Shown: positions 1 through 9,981, counted from the first letter of the stretch. The stretch is 47,773 bases of DNA from Gammaproteobacteria bacterium (GCA_029864185.1 JAOTTY010000002.1:1-47773); one strand, 5' to 3'. Notes: a model not told the origin generated them from the letters alone. A program made the numbers and translations.

Positions 1-1437
1 GTTGAAATGCGTGATCGCCTCCTCGTGCAGGTTCACCGTTTGCATGTCGAACAGGACCTGCAGTATCCGATCGGTGGCATCCGCGGCCGGTTCTCGATAC
101 TCGCTGATCAGGTTTTGCAAAACCCGGTTACCCTCTTCGTAGCGCCCACCGAGTATCAGCACCCGCGACTGTCGCAGCTGCCAGTCGAAACCGCTGGTGC
201 CTTCGGGTATCGTGTTAAGCCCCGACATCAGGCGAGTCGCCTTCTCGATATCGGCGGATTTCAACGCCAGGTCGACCAGCTGGTAGCGAATGCCTGGTGG
301 AATCTTGCGCGCGCTGGAAAATGTCTTGCTGCGATTGAACAGGTTGTCCAGCAGGTTGCGCTCGGCCTCGTCTATTTCCGCGAAGGTTTGCATGTATCCG
401 CTGCCGGCCTGGTTGGCAACCTGGCTGTCGCTGGATCGAAGCATCAGCATCGCGAACAGTGACCGCGACTTGACCGGCGTTACCTTGCTTGCCTTGTCGG
501 CGAGTTCGAGCCACCTGGCGTCATCCCCCAGCAACAGCTCGGAACGGTTGCCGACCAGTTCGGCATACTCGATATAGGCCTGCCATAACAGATCCACCGG
601 CAGCTTGAACAACTGCAACGGCGATTGCACCGGATTACGGAACAGTGATTCAAGCGCCACGACTCGATCGACCGGCGCCATTTGCCGCGACGCGAAATAA
701 CCGAGGGCCCATAGCGACGCGCGCCTACCGGGTTCCAGCTGCTCGCTAGCACTGTCCTGTTTTACCTGTTGCCAGAGTTCGGACTTGTCCACCTGTTTCA
801 GCAGGAAGCGCGCATAAAGCGTGGTCAGGCGGGCCTCCCAGGCGTCCTGATTCTGCAACACCAGCACCGCCTGCTCGTACCTGCCAGATTCGATTAGCAC
901 GCGTGCGCGCAGCAGCGACCATTCGAGATCGCTGCTGTCGAAGTCCTGGTCGAAACGCAACAACGCCACGCGTGCATCCTCGATGCGGCCGTCGGTGAGA
1001 TACGATTCGATAACCTGGCGCCGCCAGTTCTCGTATTCCGCCGATTCGCCGGCGCTCGGTTGCCACAGCTGCTCGCGTAAAACCTGTCGCGCCGTATGCG
1101 CCTGCCCCAGTTCGAGGAAGGCGCGGGCCTGATAGGTCGCGGCCTGCTGGCGGAACTGCTTCGGGATATCTCCCGGCAGGTTCTCGATGCGAACCAGCAA
1201 CTCGTCCCATTGCAGCCATTGCGTCAGGATCGCGAGGCGCTCCTGTTCCCACAGGATCCATTCGTACAAATCCTCGTCGACCTTGGGCTGCGCCTGGTCG
1301 AGCATTTTCAGGGTCAGGTTCGGCGCGCCGGCCGCGGAAATATTCTTCAACAGATCGAGACGTTCGTCCGCAACGGCGGCAGCAGGCAGCATCGCTACGA
1401 CTGCAAACCACGACAGGAGCCTGTTCAATCTTTTCAT
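1..1437 (-). CDS. exported protein of unknown function (N-terminus present, C-terminus beyond the window edge)
   Basis: I hand-translated the minus strand from the ATG at 1437-1435. No ORF ending at 1437 is in the track, which fits a frame that stays open to position 1 with no stop. N-terminus MKRLNRLLSWFAVVAMLPAAAVA|DERLDLLKNISAAG looks like a Sec signal peptide. The rest is Leu/Glu/Gln/Trp-rich and helical-looking. The listed ORFs here (7-462, 215-514, 480-752, 746-1411, 1096-1650) are Arg/Cys-rich shadow frames. Confidence 0.55.
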   Translation of the reverse strand, partial: MKRLNRLLSWFAVVAMLPAAAVADERLDLLKNISAAGAPNLTLKMLDQAQPKVDEDLYEWILWEQERLAILTQWLQWDELLVRIENLPGDIPKQFRQQAATYQARAFLELGQAHTARQVLREQLWQPSAGESAEYENWRRQVIESYLTDGRIEDARVALLRFDQDFDSSDLEWSLLRARVLIESGRYEQAVLVLQNQDAWEARLTTLYARFLLKQVDKSELWQQVKQDSASEQLEPGRRASLWALGYFASRQMAPVDRVVALESLFRNPVQSPLQLFKLPVDLLWQAYIEYAELVGNRSELLLGDDARWLELADKASKVTPVKSRSLFAMLMLRSSDSQVANQAGSGYMQTFAEIDEAERNLLDNLFNRSKTFSSARKIPPGIRYQLVDLALKSADIEKATRLMSGLNTIPEGTSGFDWQLRQSRVLILGGRYEEGNRVLQNLISEYREPAADATDRILQVLFDMQTVNLHEEAITHFN

Positions 1438-1581
1438 CGCTGCAGCCACCTCGAAATACATCATATTCGCGCGGCCATTCTAGCGGTCGGTTCCCATGTC
1501 TGCAAAAATCCGATTCTCGCCGCTTCCGTACCAGGCTATCAAGACATCATGCACGAGTCGGGTTCGACAGGCCGCGGGGAT

Positions 1582-1618
1582 AAAAAAAGGCGCGATGACC
1601 GGTGGTCTCGCGCCTTTT
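1582..1618 (-). terminator. intrinsic terminator after rplS (end of the rpsP-rimM-trmD-rplS operon)
   Basis: Stem GGCGCGA (1589-1595) pairs with TCGCGCC (1608-1614) around a 12-nt loop. On the minus strand a run of 7 T follows the hairpin (A-run 1582-1588 on +). It lies about 30 nt past the rplS stop. Confidence 0.7.
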
Positions 1619-1644
1619 CGCATCGGCATGCCGGGAAGCCGGGG

Positions 1645-1989
1645 TTATAGCTTTTCGCGGATACGCGCAGCCTTGCCGGTACGGCCACGCAGGAAGTAAA
1701 GCTTGGCGCGACGAACCCGGCCGCGGCGCTTGACCTCGATTGCGGCGATCATCGGGCTATGCGTCTGAAACACGCGCTCGACACCTTCGCCGTGCGAGAT
1801 CTTGCGCACGGTGAATGCCGAATTGATGCCGCGGTTACGCTTGGCGATCACGACGCCCTCGTAAGCCTGCAGGCGTTCGCGCGCACCTTCCTTGACCCGC
1901 ACCTGTACCACCACGGTGTCGCCGGGCGAAAACGAAGGCACGTCGGACTTCATGTTTTCCGCTTCTAGCTGTGCAATTATGTTACTCAT
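1645..1989 (-). CDS. rplS: 50S ribosomal protein L19
   Basis: [74 protein letters not shown] is a typical L19 sequence. The track ORF (to 2049) carries a 20-codon 5' extension. I chose the internal ATG at 1989. Confidence 0.95.
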   Translation of the reverse strand: MSNIIAQLEAENMKSDVPSFSPGDTVVVQVRVKEGARERLQAYEGVVIAKRNRGINSAFTVRKISHGEGVERVFQTHSPMIAAIEVKRRGRVRRAKLYFLRGRTGKAARIREKL

Positions 1990-2026
1990 TTCGATTCCTC
2001 GCATCACAATTTCAACGCGGCGACCG

Positions 2027-2776
2027 TCACCGCTTCCGAGTCCGTTCAAACTCGGCTATATATTCATCCAGCAGTCCCTGCTGTCTCGCGTCGAGCCTGA
2101 TACGCTCGAGCAAATCCGGGCGCCGCTGCCAGGTCCGGCCCAGCGCCTGCTGCTCGCGCCAGTTTTCGATGTCGCGATGATTGCCGTTCATCAACACTTC
2201 CGGCACGCGATCGCCGCGGTACTCCTCCGGCCGCGTGTAGTGCGGATAGTCGAGCAACCCATCGCTGAACGAATCCTGCAACGCCGATTCGTCATGTCCC
2301 AGGGCTCCCGGGATCAACCGCGTCATCGCGTCGATGCACACCATCGCGGCCAGTTCGCCGCCGCTGATGACGTAATCACCAATGGACCACTCCTCGTCCA
2401 CTTCTCGCTGGATTAGCCGCTCGTCGATACCCTCGTAACGACCGCAGAGGAATATCACCGACCCCAGCCTGACCTGCTGCGCGAGCCTTTCCTGGGTCAG
2501 CAATTCTCCCTGCGGGCTCAGGTAAACCAGGCGCGCATCCCGGTTCTGTTGCCGCACGGCGCTGATCGCATCCTGTAATGGCTGCACCTTCATCAGCATA
2601 CCGGGCCCGCCACCGTAAGGCCTGTCATCGACCGTGCGGTGCCTGTCACGGGTGAAATCGCGCGGATTCCAGCAGTGCAGCTCGAGCAACTTCTGCTCGG
2701 CGGCGCGCCCGACCACACCGCAGGCAATCACCTGTTCTACCAGTTCCGGGAACAGCGTGATGACGTCGACGCGCAT
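2027..2776 (-). CDS. trmD: tRNA (guanine37-N1)-methyltransferase
   Basis: [13 protein letters not shown]...[16 protein letters not shown]...LSPQG...[13 protein letters not shown]-type sequence. It sits in the canonical position between rimM and rplS. Confidence 0.95.
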   Translation of the reverse strand: MRVDVITLFPELVEQVIACGVVGRAAEQKLLELHCWNPRDFTRDRHRTVDDRPYGGGPGMLMKVQPLQDAISAVRQQNRDARLVYLSPQGELLTQERLAQQVRLGSVIFLCGRYEGIDERLIQREVDEEWSIGDYVISGGELAAMVCIDAMTRLIPGALGHDESALQDSFSDGLLDYPHYTRPEEYRGDRVPEVLMNGNHRDIENWREQQALGRTWQRRPDLLERIRLDARQQGLLDEYIAEFERTRKR

Positions 2777-2777
2777 C

Positions 2778-3287
2778 TCAGTAATCTGTCGACCAGTCGA
2801 CCACGAGTCGTCGTCGATCGAGGTCCACTTCGGTGACGATTTCGTCGATGACGAAAGGTATCAGGCGCTCGCGATCACCTTCTAGCACCATGACATCGTC
2901 GGCCCCGGTTTCCATCATCGCGGCCACCGTCCCGAGGGGCTCGGCGCGAACGGTCTCGACTTTTAGCCCGATCAAATCAGACCAGTAGTACTCTCCTGCC
3001 CCGAGACTCGGCAATCGTCGCTGCTCGATAAACAGCCGGCAGCCGATCAGCGTTTCCGCCTGGTTACGATCCTCGATTCCCGACAGCCTGGCGACTACAT
3101 TCTTACCCTGCAGGCGGCCTTCCACTTCCACCGCCTGGAACTCGTCACCCCGCTCTATCAACCAGGGGCTGTAATCCAGTATATTTTCGCGCGGGCTGGT
3201 GTTCGAAAACACTCGCACCCAACCCTTGATACCCTGCGCGCCCAGAATATGGCCAACACAGATCAATTCGTCGTCGTGCTGGCCCAT
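2778..3287 (-). CDS. rimM: 16S rRNA processing protein RimM
   Basis: [32 protein letters not shown] plus a PRC-barrel-like C-terminus. It sits between rpsP and trmD, 1 nt from the trmD start. Confidence 0.9.
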   Translation of the reverse strand: MGQHDDELICVGHILGAQGIKGWVRVFSNTSPRENILDYSPWLIERGDEFQAVEVEGRLQGKNVVARLSGIEDRNQAETLIGCRLFIEQRRLPSLGAGEYYWSDLIGLKVETVRAEPLGTVAAMMETGADDVMVLEGDRERLIPFVIDEIVTEVDLDRRRLVVDWSTDY

Positions 3288-3294
3288 CGATTCG

Positions 3295-3546
3295 TTAAGC
3301 CGCGGCCTTGCGCGCTCCCTTGATCAGGTTGGCGACACGCTCGCTGGGCTGCGCACCTTGCGAAATCCAGTAATCGATGCGCGCGTCGTCCATGCTGAGT
3401 TCTACTTCCTGGCCACGCGCCTTGGGATTGTAGAAACCGACGCGTTCGATATAGCGACCATCCCTGGCCCTGCGGCTGTCGCTTACCACCACGTGATAAA
3501 ACGGGCGCTTTTTCGAACCACCGCGTGACAATCGGATTGAAACCAT
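3295..3546 (-). CDS. rpsP: 30S ribosomal protein S16
   Basis: [43 protein letters not shown] is a classic S16 N-terminus. The track ORF (to 3735) is a 63-codon spurious extension. The ATG is at 3546. Confidence 0.95.
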   Translation of the reverse strand: MVSIRLSRGGSKKRPFYHVVVSDSRRARDGRYIERVGFYNPKARGQEVELSMDDARIDYWISQGAQPSERVANLIKGARKAAA

Positions 3547-3637
3547 AGATAAACTCCAAATAAATGGCGGCCTAACCAACCGCCTTTCTATCGGCAAACC
3601 ACAGTCTGCCGCTGACCCCGGGATCAGAAGACCGCGT

Positions 3638-3665
3638 ATTGTACCTAAAATAGTCCGTCTGTGAA
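3638..3665 (-). promoter_or_regulatory. candidate sigma70 promoter of the rpsP operon
   Basis: The minus strand reads TTCACA-16 nt-TACAAT (-35 at 3665-3660, -10 at 3643-3638). An A/T-tract region (CTTTAAAAACAAGTAAAAAC) just upstream looks like an UP element. It lies about 90 nt upstream of the rpsP ATG. Confidence 0.35.
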
Positions 3666-3725
3666 GTCCGAAATGCCTGTTTTTACTTGTTTTTAAAGGC
3701 AATTGCCCGTTTCGAGAGCAATTAA

Positions 3726-3768
3726 GGGAACACAATACCGAATTCGATGGATTAAGTATTGTGTCCCC
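3726..3768. repeat. extragenic palindromic element, copy A (20-nt arms, 3-nt spacer)
   Basis: GGGAACACAATACCGAATTC-gat-GGATTAAGTATTGTGTCCCC, with arms complementary at 16 of 20 positions. It ends 4 nt beyond the ffh stop. It shares the half-site GAATTAAGTA..TGTCCCC with the copies at 36128-36199 and 45554-45601. Confidence 0.7.
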
Positions 3769-3772
3769 GTAT

Positions 3773-5137
3773 TTACATCGGGAATCCGGGGGGCATGCGC
3801 CCTTTCATGCCGCGCATCATGTTGGCCATACCGCCCTTGCTGCCCATTTTCTTCATCATGCGCTGCATTTGCTTGTGCTGCTTGAGCAGCCGGTTGATGT
3901 CCTGGATCTGGGTTCCGGAACCCTGCGCGACACGACGCTTGCGCGAACCGTTGATCAATTCGGGCTTGCGGCGCTCCAGCGGGGTCATCGAGTCGATTAT
4001 CGCCACCATGCGCTTCATTTGCCGGGTATGCGCCGGATTCTGCATCGCCTGGGTAACGCCGGCGCCCATGCCCGGCAACTTTTCGACCAGGCTACCGAGT
4101 CCACCCATTTTTTCCATCTGGGTAAACTGGTCACGCAAATCTTCGAGATCGAAGCCCCTGCCTCTCTTGACCTTGCGCGCAAGCTTCTCCGCCTTGTCGT
4201 GATCAACCTTCTCCTGCGCCTGCTCCACCAGCGACAGGATATCGCCCATGCCGAGGATGCGCGATGCAATCCGGTCGGGGTGAAAAACCTCGAGCGCATC
4301 GGTTTTTTCTCCGGAGCCGATGAACTTGATCGGCTTACCGGTAATGTGCCTGACCGAGAGCGCGGCACCGCCGCGTGCATCGCCGTCGGTCTTGGTCAGC
4401 ACCACCCCGGAAAGCGGCAGCGTGTCGTTAAAGACCTTGGCGGTATTCGCTGCATCCTGGCCGGTCATGCTATCGACCACGAACAACGTTTCGGCAGGAT
4501 CGACGGCGTCGTGGATCGCGCGAATTTCGTCCATCATTTGCTGATCGATGGCTAACCGCCCGGCGGTGTCTATGATCAGCACGTCGGCAGCCGACTTTCT
4601 GGCCGCCGCCACCGCTTCTTGCGCAATCGCCACCGGGTTCTGGTCCTTGTGGCTTGGGTAGAATTCGGCGCCGACCTCCTCCGCCAGCGTCTGCAGCTGG
4701 TCGATCGCGGCCGGTCGGTAGACGTCGGCGCTGGCCACCATGACCGATTTCCTGTCCAGCTCACGCAGCCGGCGCGCCAGTTTTGCGACCGTGGTGGTCT
4801 TGCCCGAGCCCTGCAGTCCAGCCATCAGCACGACAACCGGCGGCTTGCGATTCAGGTCGATCGCGGCCTGCGACTCGCCCATAATCGACACCAGCTCGTC
4901 GTTGACAACCTTGATCAACGCCTGGCCGGGCGAAAGGCTGCCGATCACTTCCTGTCCGAGGGCCTTGGCACGCACTCCGTCGATAAAATCCTTGACCACC
5001 GGCAGCGCGACATCGGCCTCGAGCAGCGCCATGCGCACTTCGCGCAGGCTTTCACGGATATTATCCTCGCTGAGCCGCCCCTGGCCGCGCAGGTTTTTTA
5101 GCGTTCCCGATAATCGGTCGGTCAGGTTTTCAAACAT
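3773..5137 (-). CDS. ffh: signal recognition particle protein Ffh
   Basis: GTPase motifs are present: [25 protein letters not shown]. The C-terminal M domain is Met-rich ([24 protein letters not shown]). Confidence 0.97.
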   Translation of the reverse strand: MFENLTDRLSGTLKNLRGQGRLSEDNIRESLREVRMALLEADVALPVVKDFIDGVRAKALGQEVIGSLSPGQALIKVVNDELVSIMGESQAAIDLNRKPPVVVLMAGLQGSGKTTTVAKLARRLRELDRKSVMVASADVYRPAAIDQLQTLAEEVGAEFYPSHKDQNPVAIAQEAVAAARKSAADVLIIDTAGRLAIDQQMMDEIRAIHDAVDPAETLFVVDSMTGQDAANTAKVFNDTLPLSGVVLTKTDGDARGGAALSVRHITGKPIKFIGSGEKTDALEVFHPDRIASRILGMGDILSLVEQAQEKVDHDKAEKLARKVKRGRGFDLEDLRDQFTQMEKMGGLGSLVEKLPGMGAGVTQAMQNPAHTRQMKRMVAIIDSMTPLERRKPELINGSRKRRVAQGSGTQIQDINRLLKQHKQMQRMMKKMGSKGGMANMMRGMKGRMPPGFPM

Positions 5138-5199
5138 CGGAGAGTCTTGCCGCTATCAAAGGGCGGGATTATAACAGCGCTGACTTCTAAAAAAAAACG

Positions 5200-5964
5200 T
5201 CAAAATTTGAATACTTCGCCACCCTTCAGCTGGTGCACGTCGAAATCCGGCATCGCATCCAGGCACTCCTGGTATATCAGCTCCTCGTCGCCAGGTTTGA
5301 AATGTGTCAGCCAGATACCGGGGCGATGTTTCATCTTCAGAATATCCTCACCGAGCAGCCGCGGACAGTAGTGTTTCGAAATCTTGCTGATTTCGATGTC
5401 GTTGTTGGAAAATGCCGCCTCGACAAACAGCAGGTCGATATTCTCGTAACGGTCGAGCACTTCCCACAGCGTGTCGTTGGTGGTCGTGTCGCCGCTGAAA
5501 GCGACAGTCGCTCGCCTCGAGGACAGGCAGTAGCCTACCCCGGGGACCGTGTGGTTTACCTCGATCATTTCGATTTCGCGGGACCTGATGCTTATCTTGT
5601 CGCCCGGATTCATGACTTCGAACTGAATCGACGGGTTGTCCCGGGTCGGCAGCTCGGAGAAATCCGGCCAGATAACCCAGTTGAAAATATGCGCCTTGAG
5701 CGCCTTGATGGTTTTTTCCTGGGCGTGAACGATGATCGGTTCGTCATGCACGCCAAACATGCTGTCGGCGAGCAGCGGTAATCCAACGACATGGTCCATG
5801 TGCGAATGCGTCAGGAATATATGACGTATCCCGGTCATGTGGTTGAGCGGCAGGTCGCCCAGACCGGTGCCTGCGTCAATCAACAAATCATCATCAATCA
5901 GGAAGGAGGTGGTGCGCAGGTTTGCACCTATTCCACCAGCCCACCCGAGCACTTTAATTTGCAT
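5200..5964 (-). CDS. class-II 3',5'-cyclic-nucleotide phosphodiesterase-like MBL-fold hydrolase
   Basis: MQIKVLGWAGG...LLIDAGTG...IFLTHSHMDHVVGLP carries the H-x-H-x-D-H-x-x-G signature. I chose the internal ATG at 5964. The 60-codon upstream extension in the track ORF looks non-coding. Confidence 0.7.
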   Translation of the reverse strand: MQIKVLGWAGGIGANLRTTSFLIDDDLLIDAGTGLGDLPLNHMTGIRHIFLTHSHMDHVVGLPLLADSMFGVHDEPIIVHAQEKTIKALKAHIFNWVIWPDFSELPTRDNPSIQFEVMNPGDKISIRSREIEMIEVNHTVPGVGYCLSSRRATVAFSGDTTTNDTLWEVLDRYENIDLLFVEAAFSNNDIEISKISKHYCPRLLGEDILKMKHRPGIWLTHFKPGDEELIYQECLDAMPDFDVHQLKGGEVFKF

Positions 5965-6245
5965 AAACTTAAACCGATGTCCTGTATAAGCTTTTTTTAA
6001 CGCATCCCGTTCCCGACCAACTTTATAGCAAACGCCGGCCGGAATAGTGCAAATAATTCTTTCTCTTGCAGGACTTGCCGGATACGGAAATTTTATACAG
6101 CGATTATAATACAGCTTCGCGCTGATAATTCCGAGCCGGTTCACAAATTGACCGTCGTCGTCGATGACTGTATGTGCGCTGTCCGCTAGTGCGACCGGCT
6201 GATTTTTCAGTTACACTTCGAGGCCTGAGCCACTGACCGAAGATA

Positions 6246-7037
6246 ATGTTCCCCACCATCGCAAGCGCGCTCGCGTTCCTGTTCTACTGCCTGTCCGCGT
6301 TTTTGATTTATAAACAGCTGGGCACGGCACAACATCAACGCTGGATAGCGCTGACGCCTGCGATCGTCGCCATGCTGCTGCAGGCGATGGCGCTCAACGC
6401 GCTCATCATCCAGCCGCAGGGCCTGAACCTGGGATTTTTCCCCGCGTTGTCGCTGATTTCCTGGCTGATATCGATTCAGGTGCTGCTGAGCTGCATTTAT
6501 CGCCGCATCGAAAGCCTCGGCATTATCGTGTTTCCGCTCAGTGGCCTCAACGGAATCGCCGCGAGCCTGCATTTTTCCGACCATTTAATCACGACCAGCA
6601 ACAATGCCATTCAGGGTCACATCATGATATCGGTGATTGCCTACAGCCTGATTACGCTAGGCGCGTTCCAGGCGGGTTTGCTGGCCTACCAGGACCGCTC
6701 GATCAGACACCACCACCCCGGCGGTTTCATCCGCTTCCTGCCGCCGCTGCACGACATGGAAATCCTGCTGTTCCAGTTGCTGGGATTTGGCTTCGTCTGC
6801 CTGAGCGCGTCGTTGCTGAGCGGGTTTCTTTACCTCGAAGATATCTTTGCGCAGCACCTGGTGCACAAAACCGTTTTATCGATTGTCGCCTGGATCATAC
6901 TGGGCACCCTGCTGTTCGGCCGCTTCAAATTTGGCTGGCGCGGCAAAACCGCAATCCGCTGGACCCTGACCTCCTTCGTCTTCCTGATGCTCGCTTTTTT
7001 CGGTAGTAAGCTGGTGCTCGAATTCATCCTCGCTTAA
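6246..7037 (+). CDS. ypjD: CcsA/cytochrome c assembly-family inner membrane protein (YpjD-like)
   Basis: Polytopic hydrophobic protein. Like E. coli ypjD, it lies next to the ffh region in divergent orientation and is followed by a yfjD-like gene. Confidence 0.7.
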   Translation: MFPTIASALAFLFYCLSAFLIYKQLGTAQHQRWIALTPAIVAMLLQAMALNALIIQPQGLNLGFFPALSLISWLISIQVLLSCIYRRIESLGIIVFPLSGLNGIAASLHFSDHLITTSNNAIQGHIMISVIAYSLITLGAFQAGLLAYQDRSIRHHHPGGFIRFLPPLHDMEILLFQLLGFGFVCLSASLLSGFLYLEDIFAQHLVHKTVLSIVAWIILGTLLFGRFKFGWRGKTAIRWTLTSFVFLMLAFFGSKLVLEFILA

Positions 7038-7052
7038 GGCACGGCATCCGCG

Positions 7053-8354
7053 TTGAATGAAATTCCGCTATACTGGTTGCTGATCGCCTTCGTCGCGTTA
7101 ATCATGTTGTCGGCCTTTTTCTCGGGATCGGAAACCGGGCTCATGAGCCTGAATCGCTACCGCCTCAGGCACCTGGCTGACAATAACCACGGCGGCGCAA
7201 TCCGCGCGGTAAAACTGCTGGAACGCCCGGAAAAGCTCATCACGCTGATACTGCTGGGCAATAACTTCATCAACGTCCTGATAACCCAGCTGGCGACCTA
7301 TATCGGTTATCGCCTGTACGGCGAAGCGGGCATCGCGATAGCCGCGGGCCTGCTGACGCTGGTGCTGCTGCTGTTTGCCGAGGTCACCCCCAAGACCCTG
7401 GCAGCGTCCAATCCGGAAAAAATCGCGCTGCCCGCATCCTATATTTATCAACCCCTGTCAAAAATATTGATGCCGCTGGTCGCGATCATCGACTGGCTCG
7501 CCAAATCGGTATTGAGGCTGTTTCAGCTATCGGGCAGGAATATCGACAACGATGCGCTAACCTCGGAAGAATTGCGCGTGGCGGTAACCGAGACCAGCGG
7601 CCTGATCCCCGATTCGCACCGCGAAATGCTGCTCAGTATCCTCGACCTGGAAAAGGTTAGCGTCGACGATATCATGGTGCCGCGCAGCGAAATCATCGGC
7701 ATCGATCTCGAAGACGACTGGCACGAAACCCTCAAGCTGATTACCAACCTGTCCTATACCCGTATCCCGATATACTCCGGCAACATCGACAACCTGATCG
7801 GCGTCGCGTTGATGCGCAAGATCCTGCCGCTGCTGCTTACCGGAGATTTCACCCCCGAGACGCTGGTCGATCTGACTCGCGACGGCTATTTCATTCCCGA
7901 GGGTACGCCGTTGACGACCCAGTTGATCAACTTTCGCAAGAACAAACGCCGCATCGGTTTTGTCGTCGACGAGTACGGCGATATCCAGGGACTGGTCACG
8001 ATCGAAGACATCCTCGAGGAGATCGTCGGCGAATTCACCAGCGACCCCAGCGCGCTTCACCAGGATTTCTACCAGGATGCCGACGGCAGTTTCCTGATCG
8101 ACGGCTCGACGCATATCCGCGAAATAAACCGCAACCTGAACATATACCTGCCGACCAAGGGGCCGCGCACGCTCAACGGGCTGATCATCGAGCACATGGA
8201 ATTCATTCCCGAGGCCGGCACCAGCGTCAAGATCAGCGGTTACCCGATCGAAATCATGCAAATGAAAAACAACATGGTAAAGACCGCGCGCCTGGCGATA
8301 CCCGAGGATCACGATGTTACCGGCCCGCATTCCGAAGTGCCGCTGGATGGCTAA
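7053..8354 (+). CDS. HlyC/CorC-family transporter (DUF21 membrane domain + tandem CBS + CorC_HlyC C-terminal domain)
   Basis: The N-terminus is a membrane domain (SAFFSGSETGLMSLNRYRL). The CBS region contains DIMVPRSEIIGIDL. The C-terminus contains IGFVVDEYGDIQGLVTIEDILEEIVGEF. TTG start at 7053. Confidence 0.85.
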   Translation: MNEIPLYWLLIAFVALIMLSAFFSGSETGLMSLNRYRLRHLADNNHGGAIRAVKLLERPEKLITLILLGNNFINVLITQLATYIGYRLYGEAGIAIAAGLLTLVLLLFAEVTPKTLAASNPEKIALPASYIYQPLSKILMPLVAIIDWLAKSVLRLFQLSGRNIDNDALTSEELRVAVTETSGLIPDSHREMLLSILDLEKVSVDDIMVPRSEIIGIDLEDDWHETLKLITNLSYTRIPIYSGNIDNLIGVALMRKILPLLLTGDFTPETLVDLTRDGYFIPEGTPLTTQLINFRKNKRRIGFVVDEYGDIQGLVTIEDILEEIVGEFTSDPSALHQDFYQDADGSFLIDGSTHIREINRNLNIYLPTKGPRTLNGLIIEHMEFIPEAGTSVKISGYPIEIMQMKNNMVKTARLAIPEDHDVTGPHSEVPLDG

Positions 8355-9708
8355 AGCCCAGGCCCAGTTCCAGTGTCGCGAATGCGCCAGCCTGCAGCCG
8401 AAATGGTCGGGACAGTGTCCGGATTGCAAAAGCTGGAACAGCATCGATGAAGTCCCGTCGATGCCGACCGGCCCGGGCGCCAGGACAAACTGGCATGGCC
8501 GCGGAAGTCCGCTGGCGGTGGTTACCCTCGACCAGGTGCCAACCAGCGATACGCCGCGACTGCCGAGCCAGATAAATGAGCTCGACCGGGTGCTCGGCGG
8601 AGGTCTGGTCGAAGGCTCGGTAGTCCTGCTCGGCGGGGACCCGGGAATCGGCAAATCGACCATTCTGTTGCAGTGCCTGACCCTGATGAGCCAGCACTTC
8701 GAGGCGCTCTACGTCACCGGGGAAGAGTCACCGCAGCAGGTCAGCCTGCGCGCCCGCCGCCTCGGTCTTCCGGGCGATAATCTGAAACTGCTGAGTTCGA
8801 CCTGCGTGGAGGAGATCGTCGCGCAGGCAAACAGCAGTAAACCGGCGGTCATGGTCATAGATTCGATTCAGACCATATTCAGCAACAGCCTGCAGTCGGC
8901 ACCAGGATCGGTAAGCCAGGTCAGGGAAAGCGCCGCCATGCTGGTGAGATTCGCCAAGCAGTCCAACGTCGCTATCTTCCTGGTCGGGCATGTTACCAAG
9001 GAAGGACAGCTGGCCGGTCCGCGCGTGCTCGAGCACATGGTCGACACGGTGCTTTACTTCGAAGGCGATACCGCGACGCGCTACCGCGTCATCCGCGCGG
9101 TAAAGAATCGCTTCGGCGCGGTTAACGAGCTCGGTATTTTTGCGATGACCGACCAGGGCCTGAAGCCGGTCAGCAATCCTTCCGCCATCTTCCTGGCACA
9201 GCACGATCAGCCGGTGTCGGGTAGCGTGGTCATGGTATCGCGCGAGGGTACCCGCCCCTTCCTGGTCGAGATCCAGGCGCTGGTCAGCGAATGTCACAGC
9301 GGCAATCCGCGACGCCTCAGCGTCGGACTGGAATCGAACCGGCTGGCGATGCTGATCGCGATTTTACAGCGCCACGGCAGCATCCCGCTTTACGATCAGG
9401 ACGTGTTTATCAACGCGGTCGGAGGCGTTCGAATTGCCGAGACCGGCGCCGACCTGGCGATCATTCTCGCCATCCTGTCGAGTTATCGGGACCGTCCGGT
9501 AAACCCACGCTCGCTGGTTTTTGGCGAAGTCGGGCTGTCCGGCGAAGTGCGACCGGTAGCCAATGGCGAAGAACGGCTGCGCGAGGCCAGCAAACACGGC
9601 TTCGAAAGCGCAATCATACCGAAGGCGAACATGCCGAAACGCGGCGTCTTCAAAGATTTGCATCTGATCCCGGTCAATCATTTGGCTGACACTCTGGATG
9701 CATTATAA
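8347..9708 (+). CDS. radA: DNA repair protein RadA
   Basis: Motifs: zinc finger CRECASLQPKWSGQCPDC, Walker A GGDPGIGKST, KNRFG motif (AVKNRFGAVNE) and a Lon-protease-like C-terminus. The ATG at 8347 overlaps the upstream stop by 8 nt. Confidence 0.95.
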   Translation: MAKAQAQFQCRECASLQPKWSGQCPDCKSWNSIDEVPSMPTGPGARTNWHGRGSPLAVVTLDQVPTSDTPRLPSQINELDRVLGGGLVEGSVVLLGGDPGIGKSTILLQCLTLMSQHFEALYVTGEESPQQVSLRARRLGLPGDNLKLLSSTCVEEIVAQANSSKPAVMVIDSIQTIFSNSLQSAPGSVSQVRESAAMLVRFAKQSNVAIFLVGHVTKEGQLAGPRVLEHMVDTVLYFEGDTATRYRVIRAVKNRFGAVNELGIFAMTDQGLKPVSNPSAIFLAQHDQPVSGSVVMVSREGTRPFLVEIQALVSECHSGNPRRLSVGLESNRLAMLIAILQRHGSIPLYDQDVFINAVGGVRIAETGADLAIILAILSSYRDRPVNPRSLVFGEVGLSGEVRPVANGEERLREASKHGFESAIIPKANMPKRGVFKDLHLIPVNHLADTLDAL

Positions 9709-9735
9709 TCGCTTGATCCTACCGCGAGCATTGAC

Positions 9736-9981
9736 ATGACCGAAACCAAAGACAATCTCAGGGATTTCGAAAAATCCCTGCAACACCTGGAAAAAATCGT
9801 CAGCAGCATGGAATCCGGTGAAATGGGACTGGAAGAATCGCTGGCGCAGTTCGAAAAAGGCATCAAGCTCGCAAAAAGCTGCCAGGATACGCTGGCCAAT
9901 GCCGAAATGCGGGTCGAACAGTTGATCGAGAAAAACGGGCTGCAGCAAACCGTTCCGTTCGAAGACCTTGATGAAGATTGA
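9736..9981 (+). CDS. xseB: exodeoxyribonuclease VII small subunit
   Basis: FEKSLQHLEKIVSSMESGEMGLEESLAQFEKGIKLAKSCQDTL is a typical XseB sequence. It sits in the conserved xseB-ispA-dxs order. Confidence 0.92.
   Translation: MTETKDNLRDFEKSLQHLEKIVSSMESGEMGLEESLAQFEKGIKLAKSCQDTLANAEMRVEQLIEKNGLQQTVPFEDLDED

Noticed and set aside
746-1411. 221-aa minus-strand ORF (MVCSRSDAACCRRCGRTSRS...) and the 1096-1650 plus-strand ORF
   Set aside because: The sequences are Arg/Cys/Gly-rich and implausible. A different minus frame, open to the window edge, has a proper signal peptide and protein-like composition.
3761-4555. 264-aa plus-strand ORF (and other ORFs 3759-5174) overlapping ffh
   Set aside because: ffh on the minus strand is unambiguous. 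These are alternative-frame or antisense artefacts.
7557-8663. 368-aa minus-strand ORF antisense to the CorC-family and radA genes
   Set aside because: It fully overlaps two confidently recognised plus-strand genes. The Arg/Gly/Val/Asp-rich, low-complexity composition is typical of shadow frames in GC-rich DNA, and I recognise no motif.
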